Below, in pieces: positions 26,978 to 35,927 of a stretch of 42,230 bases of DNA. The position numbers and the translations under genes were made by a program. How positions within the stretch are numbered: position 1 is the first letter of the stretch; every line of letters starts with the position of its first letter. The DNA is taken from assembly GCA_040754655.1 (NCBI GenBank), contig JBFMCE010000024.1, positions 1-42,230 of the forward strand. The letters run 5' to 3'. A model generated the notes under the pieces. The model was not told where the DNA came from. It searched no databases and was given only the letters and a program-made list of their open reading frames with translations. Source of the stretch: Bdellovibrionota bacterium (GTDB lineage Bacteria > Bdellovibrionota > UBA1018 > UBA923).

Positions 26978-28476
26978 AGGCGAGCTTCTTTCTTTTCGCC
27001 GAGTCCACCCGTCAACATGGCAAGACCGATGTCTTTTTCGTCATAATGAGGGCCGTGAAACCAACGTGCGATCGTGCCACGATAAAAGACCGCGATGCGA
27101 TGGCTTAGAGCCATGAGTTCATCAAGCTCGCTTGAGATGAGCAAAATGGCTGAGTCTCGGGCCGCGGCCGCCAGTATCTTCTCGTGGATGAATTCGATCG
27201 AGCCCACATCGACGCCTCTCGTAGGATGGTAGGCAATGAGCACGCTTTGATTTGGCAGTTGGCCGAGTTCACGCGCTAACACGAGTTTTTGTTGGTTGCC
27301 CCCAGAGAGGGCTGATGCCGCAAGGCTGGGCCGAGGTGGTTTCACGTCAAACTCTTGCAGAAGAGAGGTCTCACTCGCAGTGATCGATCCAAAATAAGCG
27401 TGTCCTGCCCTGCCGCACTGTTCGCGCCCCAATCTTAAATTTTCAGTGAGGGACATTGAAAGATTGAGGCCGTTTTCATGCCGATCCGGGGGAACAATTC
27501 CCAGCGGCAGGCGACGGATTTGCGCAGTTTTATATTGAAGCACATTTTCTTTGAGGATCGTAAAGCGTTCAGCCTCTAGTTTGCGAGGATCTAGGAGTGC
27601 TTCTAAGATGGAGTCTTGCCCGTTGCCTTCGACCCCTCCGATGCCGACGATTTCACCCGGTTGAATAGCGATGTGAAATGCTGAAGTTTTGAGCTCGAAA
27701 AGAGGCCGCTCCGTGGCAGAGTTTTTTTTTGAGATCGTTCGAGGCAAGCAAACCTTTCTTCCGACCATCAACTCAGAGAGTTCTTCGACGTCGGTGTCTT
27801 TTGCTTTGCGGGTTGCAACCGTGGTGCCTGCTCGCATGACCGTGATGTCATCTGCGATTTTCATGACTTCTTTGAGTTTGTGAGTGACGATGAGCAAGGT
27901 GTTCCCGCGGCTTTTCAAGAGGTGCAGAGTTTTCAGAAAGTCTTCTGTCTCTTGAGGGGTGAGCACGGCAGTCGGTTCATCAAGGATGAGAAAGCGCGCC
28001 TTTCGATACAAGACCTTCAATATCTCACAGCGACTTTGCAATCCTACCGGCAGGTCCTCCACGCGTGCATCCAGCGGAACTTTCAAACCCGTGGTTTCGA
28101 TGAGTTCTTCAAGAGCCTTACGTTCCTTTTTTCTTTGCCGAAAGCCTAGCTTTGTCGTTTCAAAGCCAAGAACAAGGTTGTCGTGCACCTTTTCGGTCAA
28201 CGCCAACATGAAATGTTGGTGTACCATTCCGATTCCGTGCTCTGCCGCCTTATGCGGATTCCACGCGGAGGTGACATCGGTCTGGCCGTAGATGACCTGC
28301 CCTGAGTCTGGTTTTACCATGCCGAACAAGATTTTCATCGCAGTCGACTTGCCTGCTCCGTTTTCACCGACCAGGGCGTGGATGGTGCCTGCCCGCACAT
28401 GCAGATTCAAATCTTCGTTGGCTTTGACCAAACCAAAAGATTTGTTGATACTGCGGAGCCTGCCATCGAAACTCAT
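26974..28476 (-). CDS. ABC transporter ATP-binding protein (tandem NBD, CUT2/NupA type)
   Basis: GENGAGKST, 'MVHQHFML', LDEPTAVL, LSGGNQQK, PTRGVDVG. Confidence 0.95.
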   Translation of the reverse strand: MSFDGRLRSINKSFGLVKANEDLNLHVRAGTIHALVGENGAGKSTAMKILFGMVKPDSGQVIYGQTDVTSAWNPHKAAEHGIGMVHQHFMLALTEKVHDNLVLGFETTKLGFRQRKKERKALEELIETTGLKVPLDARVEDLPVGLQSRCEILKVLYRKARFLILDEPTAVLTPQETEDFLKTLHLLKSRGNTLLIVTHKLKEVMKIADDITVMRAGTTVATRKAKDTDVEELSELMVGRKVCLPRTISKKNSATERPLFELKTSAFHIAIQPGEIVGIGGVEGNGQDSILEALLDPRKLEAERFTILKENVLQYKTAQIRRLPLGIVPPDRHENGLNLSMSLTENLRLGREQCGRAGHAYFGSITASETSLLQEFDVKPPRPSLAASALSGGNQQKLVLARELGQLPNQSVLIAYHPTRGVDVGSIEFIHEKILAAAARDSAILLISSELDELMALSHRIAVFYRGTIARWFHGPHYDEKDIGLAMLTGGLGEKKEARL

Positions 28477-29498
28477 TTTTTTGCTTTTTTCTCTTTGTAG
28501 TAATCGACGACCGCGACTTTTCCGGCGACTAACTTTGCTTTTAAGTCAGAGATTTTATTGACATCAGACTCTGTAAAAAGAGCTCGATTGTGCTCATCAA
28601 GCGCCCAATCAATGCCTTGGTTTTTGATCGTGAAGATTTTTACGCCGGCTTTGAACTGGCCCTTGGCGGCATCTGAGATCATCTCATAAACTGCAGTATC
28701 GACGCGCTTGAGCATGCTTGTGAGGATGCGTCCGGGTTTGATCCAGTTCTGGTTTGAATCAACGCCGATCGCGAACTTCTTCTCTTCTTCAGCAGCATCA
28801 AAGCAACCATTATTGCTAGCGCCTGCTGCGACGAAGATAATATCTGCGCCTAAGCGGTATTGGCTCATCGCCAGTTCTTTTGCGCGCGTGGGATTATTCC
28901 AGGCATCCGTCGAAACGCCCACGTAATTGACTTGGACCTTCGCTTTGGGGCGCGCGGCTTTTACGCCTTGAATGTAACCTTTTTCAAAACGTCGGATGAG
29001 ATCCCCGTCGACACCGCCGATGAAGCCGACGTTTCCGGTCGTTGTTTTCAATCCAGCGATATAACCCACGAGATAAGACCCGATATGTTCTTCAAACATC
29101 GCTGAGACAACGTTGTGGGCTTCGACAGGGGCGTCCACGATAGCAAATTTCTGGTCAGGAAACTCTCTTGAAAGTTTTTTAATGGCTTCGGCTTGAGCAA
29201 CTCCAATGCCTACGATCAGGTCGTACTTTTTTGAGATAAAGCGGCGCATAGCGGGCTCAAAAAGAGAATCTTCATTGGCTTCAATCTCTTTAAGATCGAT
29301 GCCAAGCTTCGCCTTGGCTTCATTGGCTCCTCGAGAGGCGGCGCTGTTAAACGATTTGTCGTCTTTGCCTCCTTTATCAAGGATTAAGGCCACTTTGATC
29401 GGATTCGCAGCAATAGCCAAACCTTGCATTGAGAAAAAAGCGCAAACCAGAAGAAGAATCAAATTTCGCATGCGTAATGCCCCCAGCGGGGCCGACAT
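28473..29498 (-). CDS. BMP-family (purine nucleoside) substrate-binding protein
   Basis: 'GGKDDKSFN', 'AIGVDSNQ', 'ILTSMLKRVD'; true start probably a few codons later (MRNLILL). Confidence 0.93.
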   Translation of the reverse strand: MSAPLGALRMRNLILLLVCAFFSMQGLAIAANPIKVALILDKGGKDDKSFNSAASRGANEAKAKLGIDLKEIEANEDSLFEPAMRRFISKKYDLIVGIGVAQAEAIKKLSREFPDQKFAIVDAPVEAHNVVSAMFEEHIGSYLVGYIAGLKTTTGNVGFIGGVDGDLIRRFEKGYIQGVKAARPKAKVQVNYVGVSTDAWNNPTRAKELAMSQYRLGADIIFVAAGASNNGCFDAAEEEKKFAIGVDSNQNWIKPGRILTSMLKRVDTAVYEMISDAAKGQFKAGVKIFTIKNQGIDWALDEHNRALFTESDVNKISDLKAKLVAGKVAVVDYYKEKKAKK

Positions 29499-29565
29499 TA
29501 CGAACCGGCTTGCCGCATGTCAAGAACCCGGCGCGAGGTTAATTTAGGTATCGATCATATGGGTT

Positions 29566-29988
29566 TTAGTGGGCCGAAGGAGGAGCTGGCACGACGCTAA
29601 AACCCAGCGATTTGGCCTTTTCAAGTTCGGCTTTTGGAATGAGGAAACCATTAAAGTCGCCTTTATCGGCACCGCACATTTGGATTCGCATCTGTCCATC
29701 GTGCAGTTTTTGTTTCGCAAGAATGGGGATTTGAGCGGTTTTCAGTTCTTGAGCCGGTATATCGATGGATATCCCCTTTTCAGGGCCGCAAGATTTTGCG
29801 TTGTCGCTTTTTCCCACCCAGAGAGTGTCTTCAGTTGAGTGCTGTTTTGAGGTGGTGGTTGCGCCATGTCCCGTTGATAAACCATGGTCATTTTGCCGTT
29901 TTGCGGCCTCGCATGAGGCGAAAAAGCTTGCGCTGAACAACAGTGACGAAACGAGAAGGCAAACACGAACACAAGACTTTCTTGCCAT
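29566..29988 (-). CDS. Hypothetical lipoprotein
   Basis: AGGAG RBS; lipobox-like FFASC; two further Cys ('KSCG', 'QMCG'). Confidence 0.75.
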   Translation of the reverse strand: MARKSCVRVCLLVSSLLFSASFFASCEAAKRQNDHGLSTGHGATTTSKQHSTEDTLWVGKSDNAKSCGPEKGISIDIPAQELKTAQIPILAKQKLHDGQMRIQMCGADKGDFNGFLIPKAELEKAKSLGFSVVPAPPSAH

Positions 29989-30022
29989 GAGGCGACTCCT
30001 TCTTGTTTATTATGAGACCAGA

Positions 30023-31765
30023 TCAGGCATATTCGAAGCAATCACAAAATTGCAGGTCGAAGGTGATGTTCCAAGTCCGGTCAACCTTGAAGGGGCGTCT
30101 GATGCAACGAGCGGCTTCGCGTCTGACTTGGGGATCAACCGCATTGCGTATCTGACGGTACAGCTCGAGCGCCTCTTGCCGTTTTCCAAGGCAATCGTAT
30201 GCGTGAGCGAAAAACAGTTTTGACACTTGAGTCATATGCGGGCTCATTGAGCACGTTTGAGCTTTTCGAAAAGCCTCGAAAGCGCGTTCTACTTGTCCGA
30301 GTCTCATTCTAAAATGCCCGTGCGCCAAATGGTAATGACCCTCTTCGGCATCTGTTTGAGCCGCGACTTCCGAGTGTTTCGCGGCTTCCGCAAGATCGTA
30401 CTCGGTATGGTAGGCGATGTAAGCGCGCCGGAAGTGCCTTAAGGCGCCATGTTTGACCGTATCGCGGATGCTGCCGCTGCCTTCAGCTGACCAACGGAAT
30501 AGTTCGGGTTCCTGCTGGTCGTAGTTTTTAAAATCCTCGTCAATTTTAAAGGCGGCGTAGTCGCCAAGGCATGTGGGCGATTCAGTCGCATTGCTCATCC
30601 AAAAACGGCCTTCCGTCGCTTCCGAGATGATGCTTGTGACCGTGGTGATCACCGAGATCGTATTGCCGTGTCCGCGTATTTTCTGGGTTTCGCGGTCGTA
30701 ATGGTCAGCAAGGATTTGGGCCAAAGTTCCTCGGTCAACCGAACCCTCGTTTTTCGTGAGCAGATCCATCGCGCGCTTATAGCGTTCGGCGTAATCTTTC
30801 GCCACTGACGTTGAGAGCATGATCTCTCGTTGCTGGAATTCCGGAGTGTGGAAATGGTTTGTATGCGCAAGCTTGCCATCCTTGGGTTCTCGCACTGAGA
30901 TGCGGCCATGGATCATCTCGATGACCACCGCATTGTTCTCTTTGGCGCTCGAAACAACCAGGCTCCACGTGCCGGCGCGGTTGAGGTCATTGACGATATC
31001 GACGGCCTGCCCAATGGTGCGGGCCTTTCGGATGACCTCAGATCCGATGATTTGAATGGGAACCCCGAATGGGGACACTGCTTTTGCGCAATGAAAGTGC
31101 GCCGTGAGGGTGAGGCCGCTTTCATTGATCCCAGTAACGCCGGCAGTGTGCACACCTGCGCTTGAAATGCCGATATAACGCTGGCCTCGATCGACTCCTT
31201 CTGGGTCAAAGTAGAAGATCGAAGGAAACGAGTCCCATCTGCCGACGACGGGGTAGTCCATGTTTCGAGCGTGGATAAGTTTTTTATTCTTAGTCGTGTT
31301 GTTGAGGGCGACAACTGAAGTACAGCCCGGAAACCCTCCGGCCGTTTGCCGCAAAAGATAACGGCCCATGAAATACCGGAGTAAAAGCACCAAGCTGTCG
31401 GCCTGAAGCACGCTTTTTTCGCAAAGATCCACAGGCAGATGCGCCGCTTTGGCGAACGCGCGCATCTCATCACTGTAAATACGCGGAATTTGCGAGAGCA
31501 TGGGCTTATCGATAAACCATCGAATGAATTTTCGCGCAGCCGCCTGCAGTCGTGGACGGTTGCGGAAAAGATGTGAGTGGGTCATCAGAAGGTCGTTTTT
31601 AGTGCCAAGATAGGGGACAGCCCCTTGATGAATTTGATGCCTGAGAAGCGCTCCGTGTTGGGCTGCCATCTCAGACAGAGTGCCCTGAAGGTGCAAAATA
31701 TTGATGCCCTGCTTATGCCAAGCATGAGCCTTGCCATAGCTGCGCTTTGCCGCCCGCTCCACCAT
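30023..31765 (-). CDS. C45-family Ntn hydrolase/acyltransferase with C-terminal TPR-like repeats
   Basis: Autoproteolytic 'GCTS', 'HARNMDY', 'GINESGL', 'HTNHF'; helical TPR-like tail ('HLAHGHFRMRLGQVERAFEAFRKA'). Confidence 0.85.
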   Translation of the reverse strand: MVERAAKRSYGKAHAWHKQGINILHLQGTLSEMAAQHGALLRHQIHQGAVPYLGTKNDLLMTHSHLFRNRPRLQAAARKFIRWFIDKPMLSQIPRIYSDEMRAFAKAAHLPVDLCEKSVLQADSLVLLLRYFMGRYLLRQTAGGFPGCTSVVALNNTTKNKKLIHARNMDYPVVGRWDSFPSIFYFDPEGVDRGQRYIGISSAGVHTAGVTGINESGLTLTAHFHCAKAVSPFGVPIQIIGSEVIRKARTIGQAVDIVNDLNRAGTWSLVVSSAKENNAVVIEMIHGRISVREPKDGKLAHTNHFHTPEFQQREIMLSTSVAKDYAERYKRAMDLLTKNEGSVDRGTLAQILADHYDRETQKIRGHGNTISVITTVTSIISEATEGRFWMSNATESPTCLGDYAAFKIDEDFKNYDQQEPELFRWSAEGSGSIRDTVKHGALRHFRRAYIAYHTEYDLAEAAKHSEVAAQTDAEEGHYHLAHGHFRMRLGQVERAFEAFRKAQTCSMSPHMTQVSKLFFAHAYDCLGKRQEALELYRQIRNAVDPQVRREAARCIRRPFKVDRTWNITFDLQFCDCFEYA

Positions 31766-31958
31766 ACTACGAGGCTAACGGAGGTTTCTGTGGCTGGCAA
31801 GGCGGGATTCGTTGCAATTTTGAGGATGCGGAAGTAAAAGGAGGCCTTTGATTTGGAAGGAATAGCGCATAGCATTAAGCAGGTGGATGGGTGAGTTGGC
31901 TGGTCCGCTTGCGAGTAGGCCGAATTAAACTGAAGTTCTTTGTAAACACGATTCATTC

Positions 31959-33722
31959 TTAATCTATAGAAAGATCCCGTAGCTCAGTTGGATAGAGCAT
32001 CTGCCTTCTAAGCAGAGGGTCGCAGGTTCGAGTCCTGCCGGGATCGCCATTTGTCAAGCTGATCGAACCAGATACCAAATAAAGATTTTTTTCCGAGCCG
32101 GGCCTCGCGCCCGCAAGTGGCGGGCGAGGGCCGGCCATCTTGGCCAGCCCCCTTTCGATCGAATCCTCTCCTGCGTAAAACTCCAATTTGAATCCGTCTT
32201 TGGTGATTTTGATTTGATGAAGCAAGGTTTCTAGGACTTTTGTTTTTAATTTTGGGTCTCTGTTTGCGAGGCATTTCAAGTCTTTCAAGAACTCTTGGTA
32301 GCTCTCAAGACTTGCTGGTTTTTCAGCATGGAAAGTCTCGGCTTGGACTCGCGCCAATCTCTTTTCGTCTTCGACTTTCAGCATTTCGATTTTTTCCATT
32401 TGTCTGAAGATCGGTTCCGCAGAAACGGTTTTCGGCAATTGCGAGAGACGTTCGGCCAAGACTTCGAGTTGGCTTTTCAGTGCGTTGATTTTTTCACGGA
32501 TTCGTTTTGTCTCTGTTGTTTGTGAATGCTTGGAATAGGTTTCTTTCGCTGCTTCGATGATTGCTTTGGCTGTTTCACGATGGCTGAGAACACGCATTGC
32601 CTCGTTCCAAACCGCCTCTTCTATTTTCTTCGCTTGGATGCGGTACGGCGAACAATCAAAACATTTCTTAACAAGTCCGCTTTGACTGTTCGTGGCCCAG
32701 GAATGTTCGTAGTAGGAGATTTTTCCCCCGTTTCCGTGCGCAGATTTTCCGCATAATCGTGCTCCGCAACTTTCGCATTTGATGAATCCGGTCAGCGCGA
32801 ACGGGTACCGCTTTTCAGAATCGGGTTTCCGCTGCCTTCTTTCTTTGAGCAGAGCTTGGACGCGCAAGAACGTTTTTGCATCGATGATTGGTTCCCATAA
32901 TCCTCGCGCCTCTTTTCTTTCTCCTTTCGATTTGTAAACTTTGATTCCGAGATAGGTTTTTCTTGTGAGGAGATCGCGCAGATTCGCTACAGTGAAAACA
33001 CCGAGCCTGGGTTTGTCTCCGCCGCCTTGGGTTTCGCGTTTGGGTCTGTAGCCGTTTGAGTTCAGCCATCGCGCTGTTTCGACGATGCTCCCGCAATGCA
33101 GGAATTGCTCGAATGCTTTTCTCACAACTTCGGCTTGCTCGGGTTCTATCTCGAGGTAGCCCTTCTTGCCTGGAATGAGCTTGTAGCCCATTGGTACGGT
33201 TCCGCCGTTGTACAGTCCGCGTGCCGCTCGTGCGTGGAGATTCGCGATCACGCGTTCGGAGATTTGCCTGCGTTCAAATTGCGCGATGTTGGCAACCGTA
33301 TAGAGCACCATTTCGCCCGCGGCGGTTGTCGTGTCGAAGTTCTCGCGCAAGCTCATGAATTGGCAGCCATGAGCTTGCATGAGTTCCCAGATTCCAGCGA
33401 AGTCTTTGATCGAGCGCGAGAGTCTTGAGAGTTCGGTTACCATCAGCAGCGTGATTTCCCCTCGGCGAATCGCTGAGAGCATGCGTTGAAGCTCGGATCG
33501 CTTGGTGTCTTTGCCTGACTTCGCTCGGTCGATGAACGTTTCCACGACTTCGCCAAAAAGCCCTTCCATGTTCTTGAGTTGCACGGTTGCTTTGAGCCGT
33601 TCTTCCTGGTTGCGGATAGACCCTTCCGGATTTTCCGCTTGTTCCTCTGTTGAAACGCGCACATAAAACGCGACGCGGTGTCCGGACTTGTTTGGTGCTT
33701 TGTATTCAGTTTTCTTAGCCAT
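31959..33722 (-). CDS. Large serine recombinase (integrase)
   Basis: Resolvase domain 'FYVRVSTEEQ' (catalytic Ser), 'LSRLSRS', recombinase domain 'PMGY', Zn ribbon 'CESCG', coiled coil. The last ~30 codons are antisense to the tRNA. Confidence 0.95.
   Translation of the reverse strand: MAKKTEYKAPNKSGHRVAFYVRVSTEEQAENPEGSIRNQEERLKATVQLKNMEGLFGEVVETFIDRAKSGKDTKRSELQRMLSAIRRGEITLLMVTELSRLSRSIKDFAGIWELMQAHGCQFMSLRENFDTTTAAGEMVLYTVANIAQFERRQISERVIANLHARAARGLYNGGTVPMGYKLIPGKKGYLEIEPEQAEVVRKAFEQFLHCGSIVETARWLNSNGYRPKRETQGGGDKPRLGVFTVANLRDLLTRKTYLGIKVYKSKGERKEARGLWEPIIDAKTFLRVQALLKERRQRKPDSEKRYPFALTGFIKCESCGARLCGKSAHGNGGKISYYEHSWATNSQSGLVKKCFDCSPYRIQAKKIEEAVWNEAMRVLSHRETAKAIIEAAKETYSKHSQTTETKRIREKINALKSQLEVLAERLSQLPKTVSAEPIFRQMEKIEMLKVEDEKRLARVQAETFHAEKPASLESYQEFLKDLKCLANRDPKLKTKVLETLLHQIKITKDGFKLEFYAGEDSIERGLAKMAGPRPPLAGARPGSEKNLYLVSGSISLTNGDPGRTRTCDPLLRRQMLYPTELRDLSID
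31973..32049 (+). tRNA. tRNA-Arg, anticodon TCT
   Basis: GATCCCG/CGGGATC acceptor stem, D-arm GCTCAGTTGGATAGAGC, anticodon arm TCTGC-CTTCTAA-GCAGA, GGTTCGAGTCC T-loop, encoded CCA. Confidence 0.98.
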
Positions 33723-33921
33723 GAGTGCCCGTCCTTTCGATCACTTGGTTGTGATTGAAGTGCGGAACACCCGCGCCAATGGATTCGGCAGGCGGTCTGT
33801 GGAGCTGGCAGAAAGCAAGATACAGTATCTCGCCCAGCTCCGCAATCCGACGCCGGTATTCTTCTTCTGGAATTGCTTTGGGTATAGCCTCGATGCATTT
33901 GGCTTCCCATTTCAGTTTCAT
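33715..33921 (-). CDS. Small protein coupled to the integrase (candidate recombination directionality factor)
   Basis: AGGTG RBS; stop overlaps the integrase start (ATGGCTAA). Function inferred from position only. Confidence 0.6.
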   Translation of the reverse strand: MKLKWEAKCIEAIPKAIPEEEYRRRIAELGEILYLAFCQLHRPPAESIGAGVPHFNHNQVIERTGTHG

Positions 33922-33994
33922 TTTTCACCTGTTTTTCATTTCCGTTGTTCTATTCTTCCTTTCTCTTGGATTTGCTTGGCTCTCGTTTTGAATG

Positions 33995-34098
33995 CCCGCC
34001 CACGACCCGTTTTTCCGACCGTAAGCGCCGACCACTCTCCATCGTAGAGGGGGAGTGGTCGGCGGTGTAGGTCGTTTTGCCTTTTGTGCGTGGGCGGG
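33995..34098. repeat. Long nested inverted repeat (~104-nt hairpin)
   Basis: CCCGCCCACG/CGTGGGCGGG outer stem, CGACC/GGTCG middle stem, CGCCGACCACTCTCC/GGGGAGTGGTCGGCG inner stem. Confidence 0.85.
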
Positions 34099-34115
34099 GA
34101 TCTTTGTTTGTTATT

Positions 34116-34925
34116 TCATGCCGCTAACAATGGTTTTGTATTCGCGTTAATTGCTGTTCCCATGCCCTGTGTGGGAGCACCTGGCAGAGCAGAGGGTTGT
34201 TTCATCGTGATGAGTTTTCGCATGGGATGGCGATTTCCTGAGAAATGAACTTCCAAATTCCACGGATCTCTCAATGCTTGGTTGAGAAGAGACCACATGA
34301 ACAAGTCGTTTCGATTGTTCCGGTTCACTTTGCGCCAGACTTCATCGAGGATGCGTCCCATCCTTTCACTTGGGACGAAATACCAAACTCCCCAAAGGTC
34401 TTTTCTTTTCAGATACGCATTGAATACTTTTTCGTAACGAGCGCGGTGTTTGAGAGTAAGTTCAAGTTCGATCGCCACTTTTTGTTTTTCTTCCTTGTAG
34501 ACGACCGAGCAAATCCCGTCAGGGATGAGCTCTTTCTCCGGTTTTTTTCCCGATCGTGTTCTCCATGCTTCCGCGCGCAGAACATGCTCCGGGGTCCACT
34601 GATCTCCAACTCCCACCGCTTCAAGAGACAAGCGCAGTTCGCTCAAGAGAATTTCATGGTGAAGCGTGCTTCTGTTGAAATGGAAGAAAGGAGATTCAAT
34701 CCCCACCACTCGCGCTGCTTTGAGTGTAAGGCACCAACCAACTCCTCCTTTGTCGAGCCCTTCAACTCGGCGGATGAGATCCGCTTTTTCAAGTTTACGC
34801 AATCTCCGCCGCACGGTTGAAAGATCGATTTCTTTGAAGAAGACGCGTTGGATCTGCTGGGTTGAGAATATGCCGAACGAACCAAGCTTTTCCAAAAGCT
34901 TGGAATCGCGATTCGTGACGATCAT
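34116..34925 (-). CDS. Replication-relaxation (Replic_Relax-like) family protein
   Basis: N-terminal wHTH 'TNRD..LL..L.......TQQI....F.......RRRLRKL', 'HEILLSELR', 'PDG', 'AIELELT.K...RY'. Confidence 0.8.
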   Translation of the reverse strand: MIVTNRDSKLLEKLGSFGIFSTQQIQRVFFKEIDLSTVRRRLRKLEKADLIRRVEGLDKGGVGWCLTLKAARVVGIESPFFHFNRSTLHHEILLSELRLSLEAVGVGDQWTPEHVLRAEAWRTRSGKKPEKELIPDGICSVVYKEEKQKVAIELELTLKHRARYEKVFNAYLKRKDLWGVWYFVPSERMGRILDEVWRKVNRNNRNDLFMWSLLNQALRDPWNLEVHFSGNRHPMRKLITMKQPSALPGAPTQGMGTAINANTKPLLAA

Positions 34926-34926
34926 A

Positions 34927-35385
34927 TTACGCCGCTCCGTCTGCTAGTTTTTGAAACGACTCCTGTTTGGCTGTGGCTTCAACCTCTGCCTGTCGTAACG
35001 CTTTGTTTTCCTGGATCAGTTCATCCACGCGATTGAGCAAGTGGTGCGTGAGGTTGATGTAGAATTCAATGCGTTGATTGAGTTGGGCGAATTCCTTGCC
35101 CAGTCGTTCGGCTTCGTTGAAATGGCAGCGGCTTTCACGCGAGAGCACATGCATGCGCTGCCTGATCTTCCATTCCAGGAAGCGGAACTGTTTGAACAAG
35201 ATGATCGCTGCCAACGCCACGGTGATCGCCAGGGCCAAAATCATCAAGCCCTCTTTGATCCATGGAGATTCAACCTTCAGGAAGAACCGAAGCCTTCCCA
35301 AAAGGTCGCTGAGAGCGATCAATACGGATGTGAACAGCAAAACCACGCCTAGAATTTTAAGAGCCAATTTAGATTCTTCACTCAT
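34927..35385 (-). CDS. Two-TM membrane protein with C-terminal coiled coil
   Basis: Two hydrophobic helices then heptad repeats; stop lies 1 bp before the relaxase ATG; likely start 35385 (track start 35418). Confidence 0.7.
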   Translation of the reverse strand: MSEESKLALKILGVVLLFTSVLIALSDLLGRLRFFLKVESPWIKEGLMILALAITVALAAIILFKQFRFLEWKIRQRMHVLSRESRCHFNEAERLGKEFAQLNQRIEFYINLTHHLLNRVDELIQENKALRQAEVEATAKQESFQKLADGAA

Positions 35386-35720
35386 GTTACGGACACACCT
35401 TTCTCCGGGGAGTTTCACCCCTTCGAAAACACCTCTCCCTTGGGCTTTTTCCGCTTTAAAAAAGCGGATTTAGCCTTGAGCGAGGCGTAGAAAAACAAGT
35501 GCCGTTGGATGCACCAACGCACTGGTTATGGTTTTTTGATTTGCTTGGATTTTGCTTAGAACCTCTGGAGAAGATCAGAGGATTTTCGCTTGGTATTCTT
35601 CTCGCGCCATGTGTTTAGCGCAGATGGGGTGGAGGAGTCAAGGGGGATGGATAAGAATTGACTCGAAGCATAAATTGAGTTACCTGGTCCGACAGCGTAT
35701 TACCGGAGCTTGCAATCAAC

Positions 35721-35924
35721 ATGGAAACAATTTCGAGAACCGTACGATTTAAACCAAATGAAGCGAAACTGATTGATGAGTTTCTCGAAAATAACCCAGT
35801 GTTCGATTTTTCAACACTTACCAGGATAGCACTTCTTGAATTTATTAAGAACCCAATCCTGGAAATCCGGCCTGTCGAAATCAAGGGAGAAACTATGCGA
35901 CCCACAGATAAAGGACCGAGATAA
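35721..35924 (+). CDS. Small ribbon-helix-helix (CopG-like) DNA-binding protein
   Basis: GGAG RBS; β-strand 'SRTVRF' followed by two helices 'NEAKLIDEFLE' and 'FSTLTRIALLEFI'. Confidence 0.65.
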   Translation: METISRTVRFKPNEAKLIDEFLENNPVFDFSTLTRIALLEFIKNPILEIRPVEIKGETMRPTDKGPR

Positions 35925-35927
35925 AAG

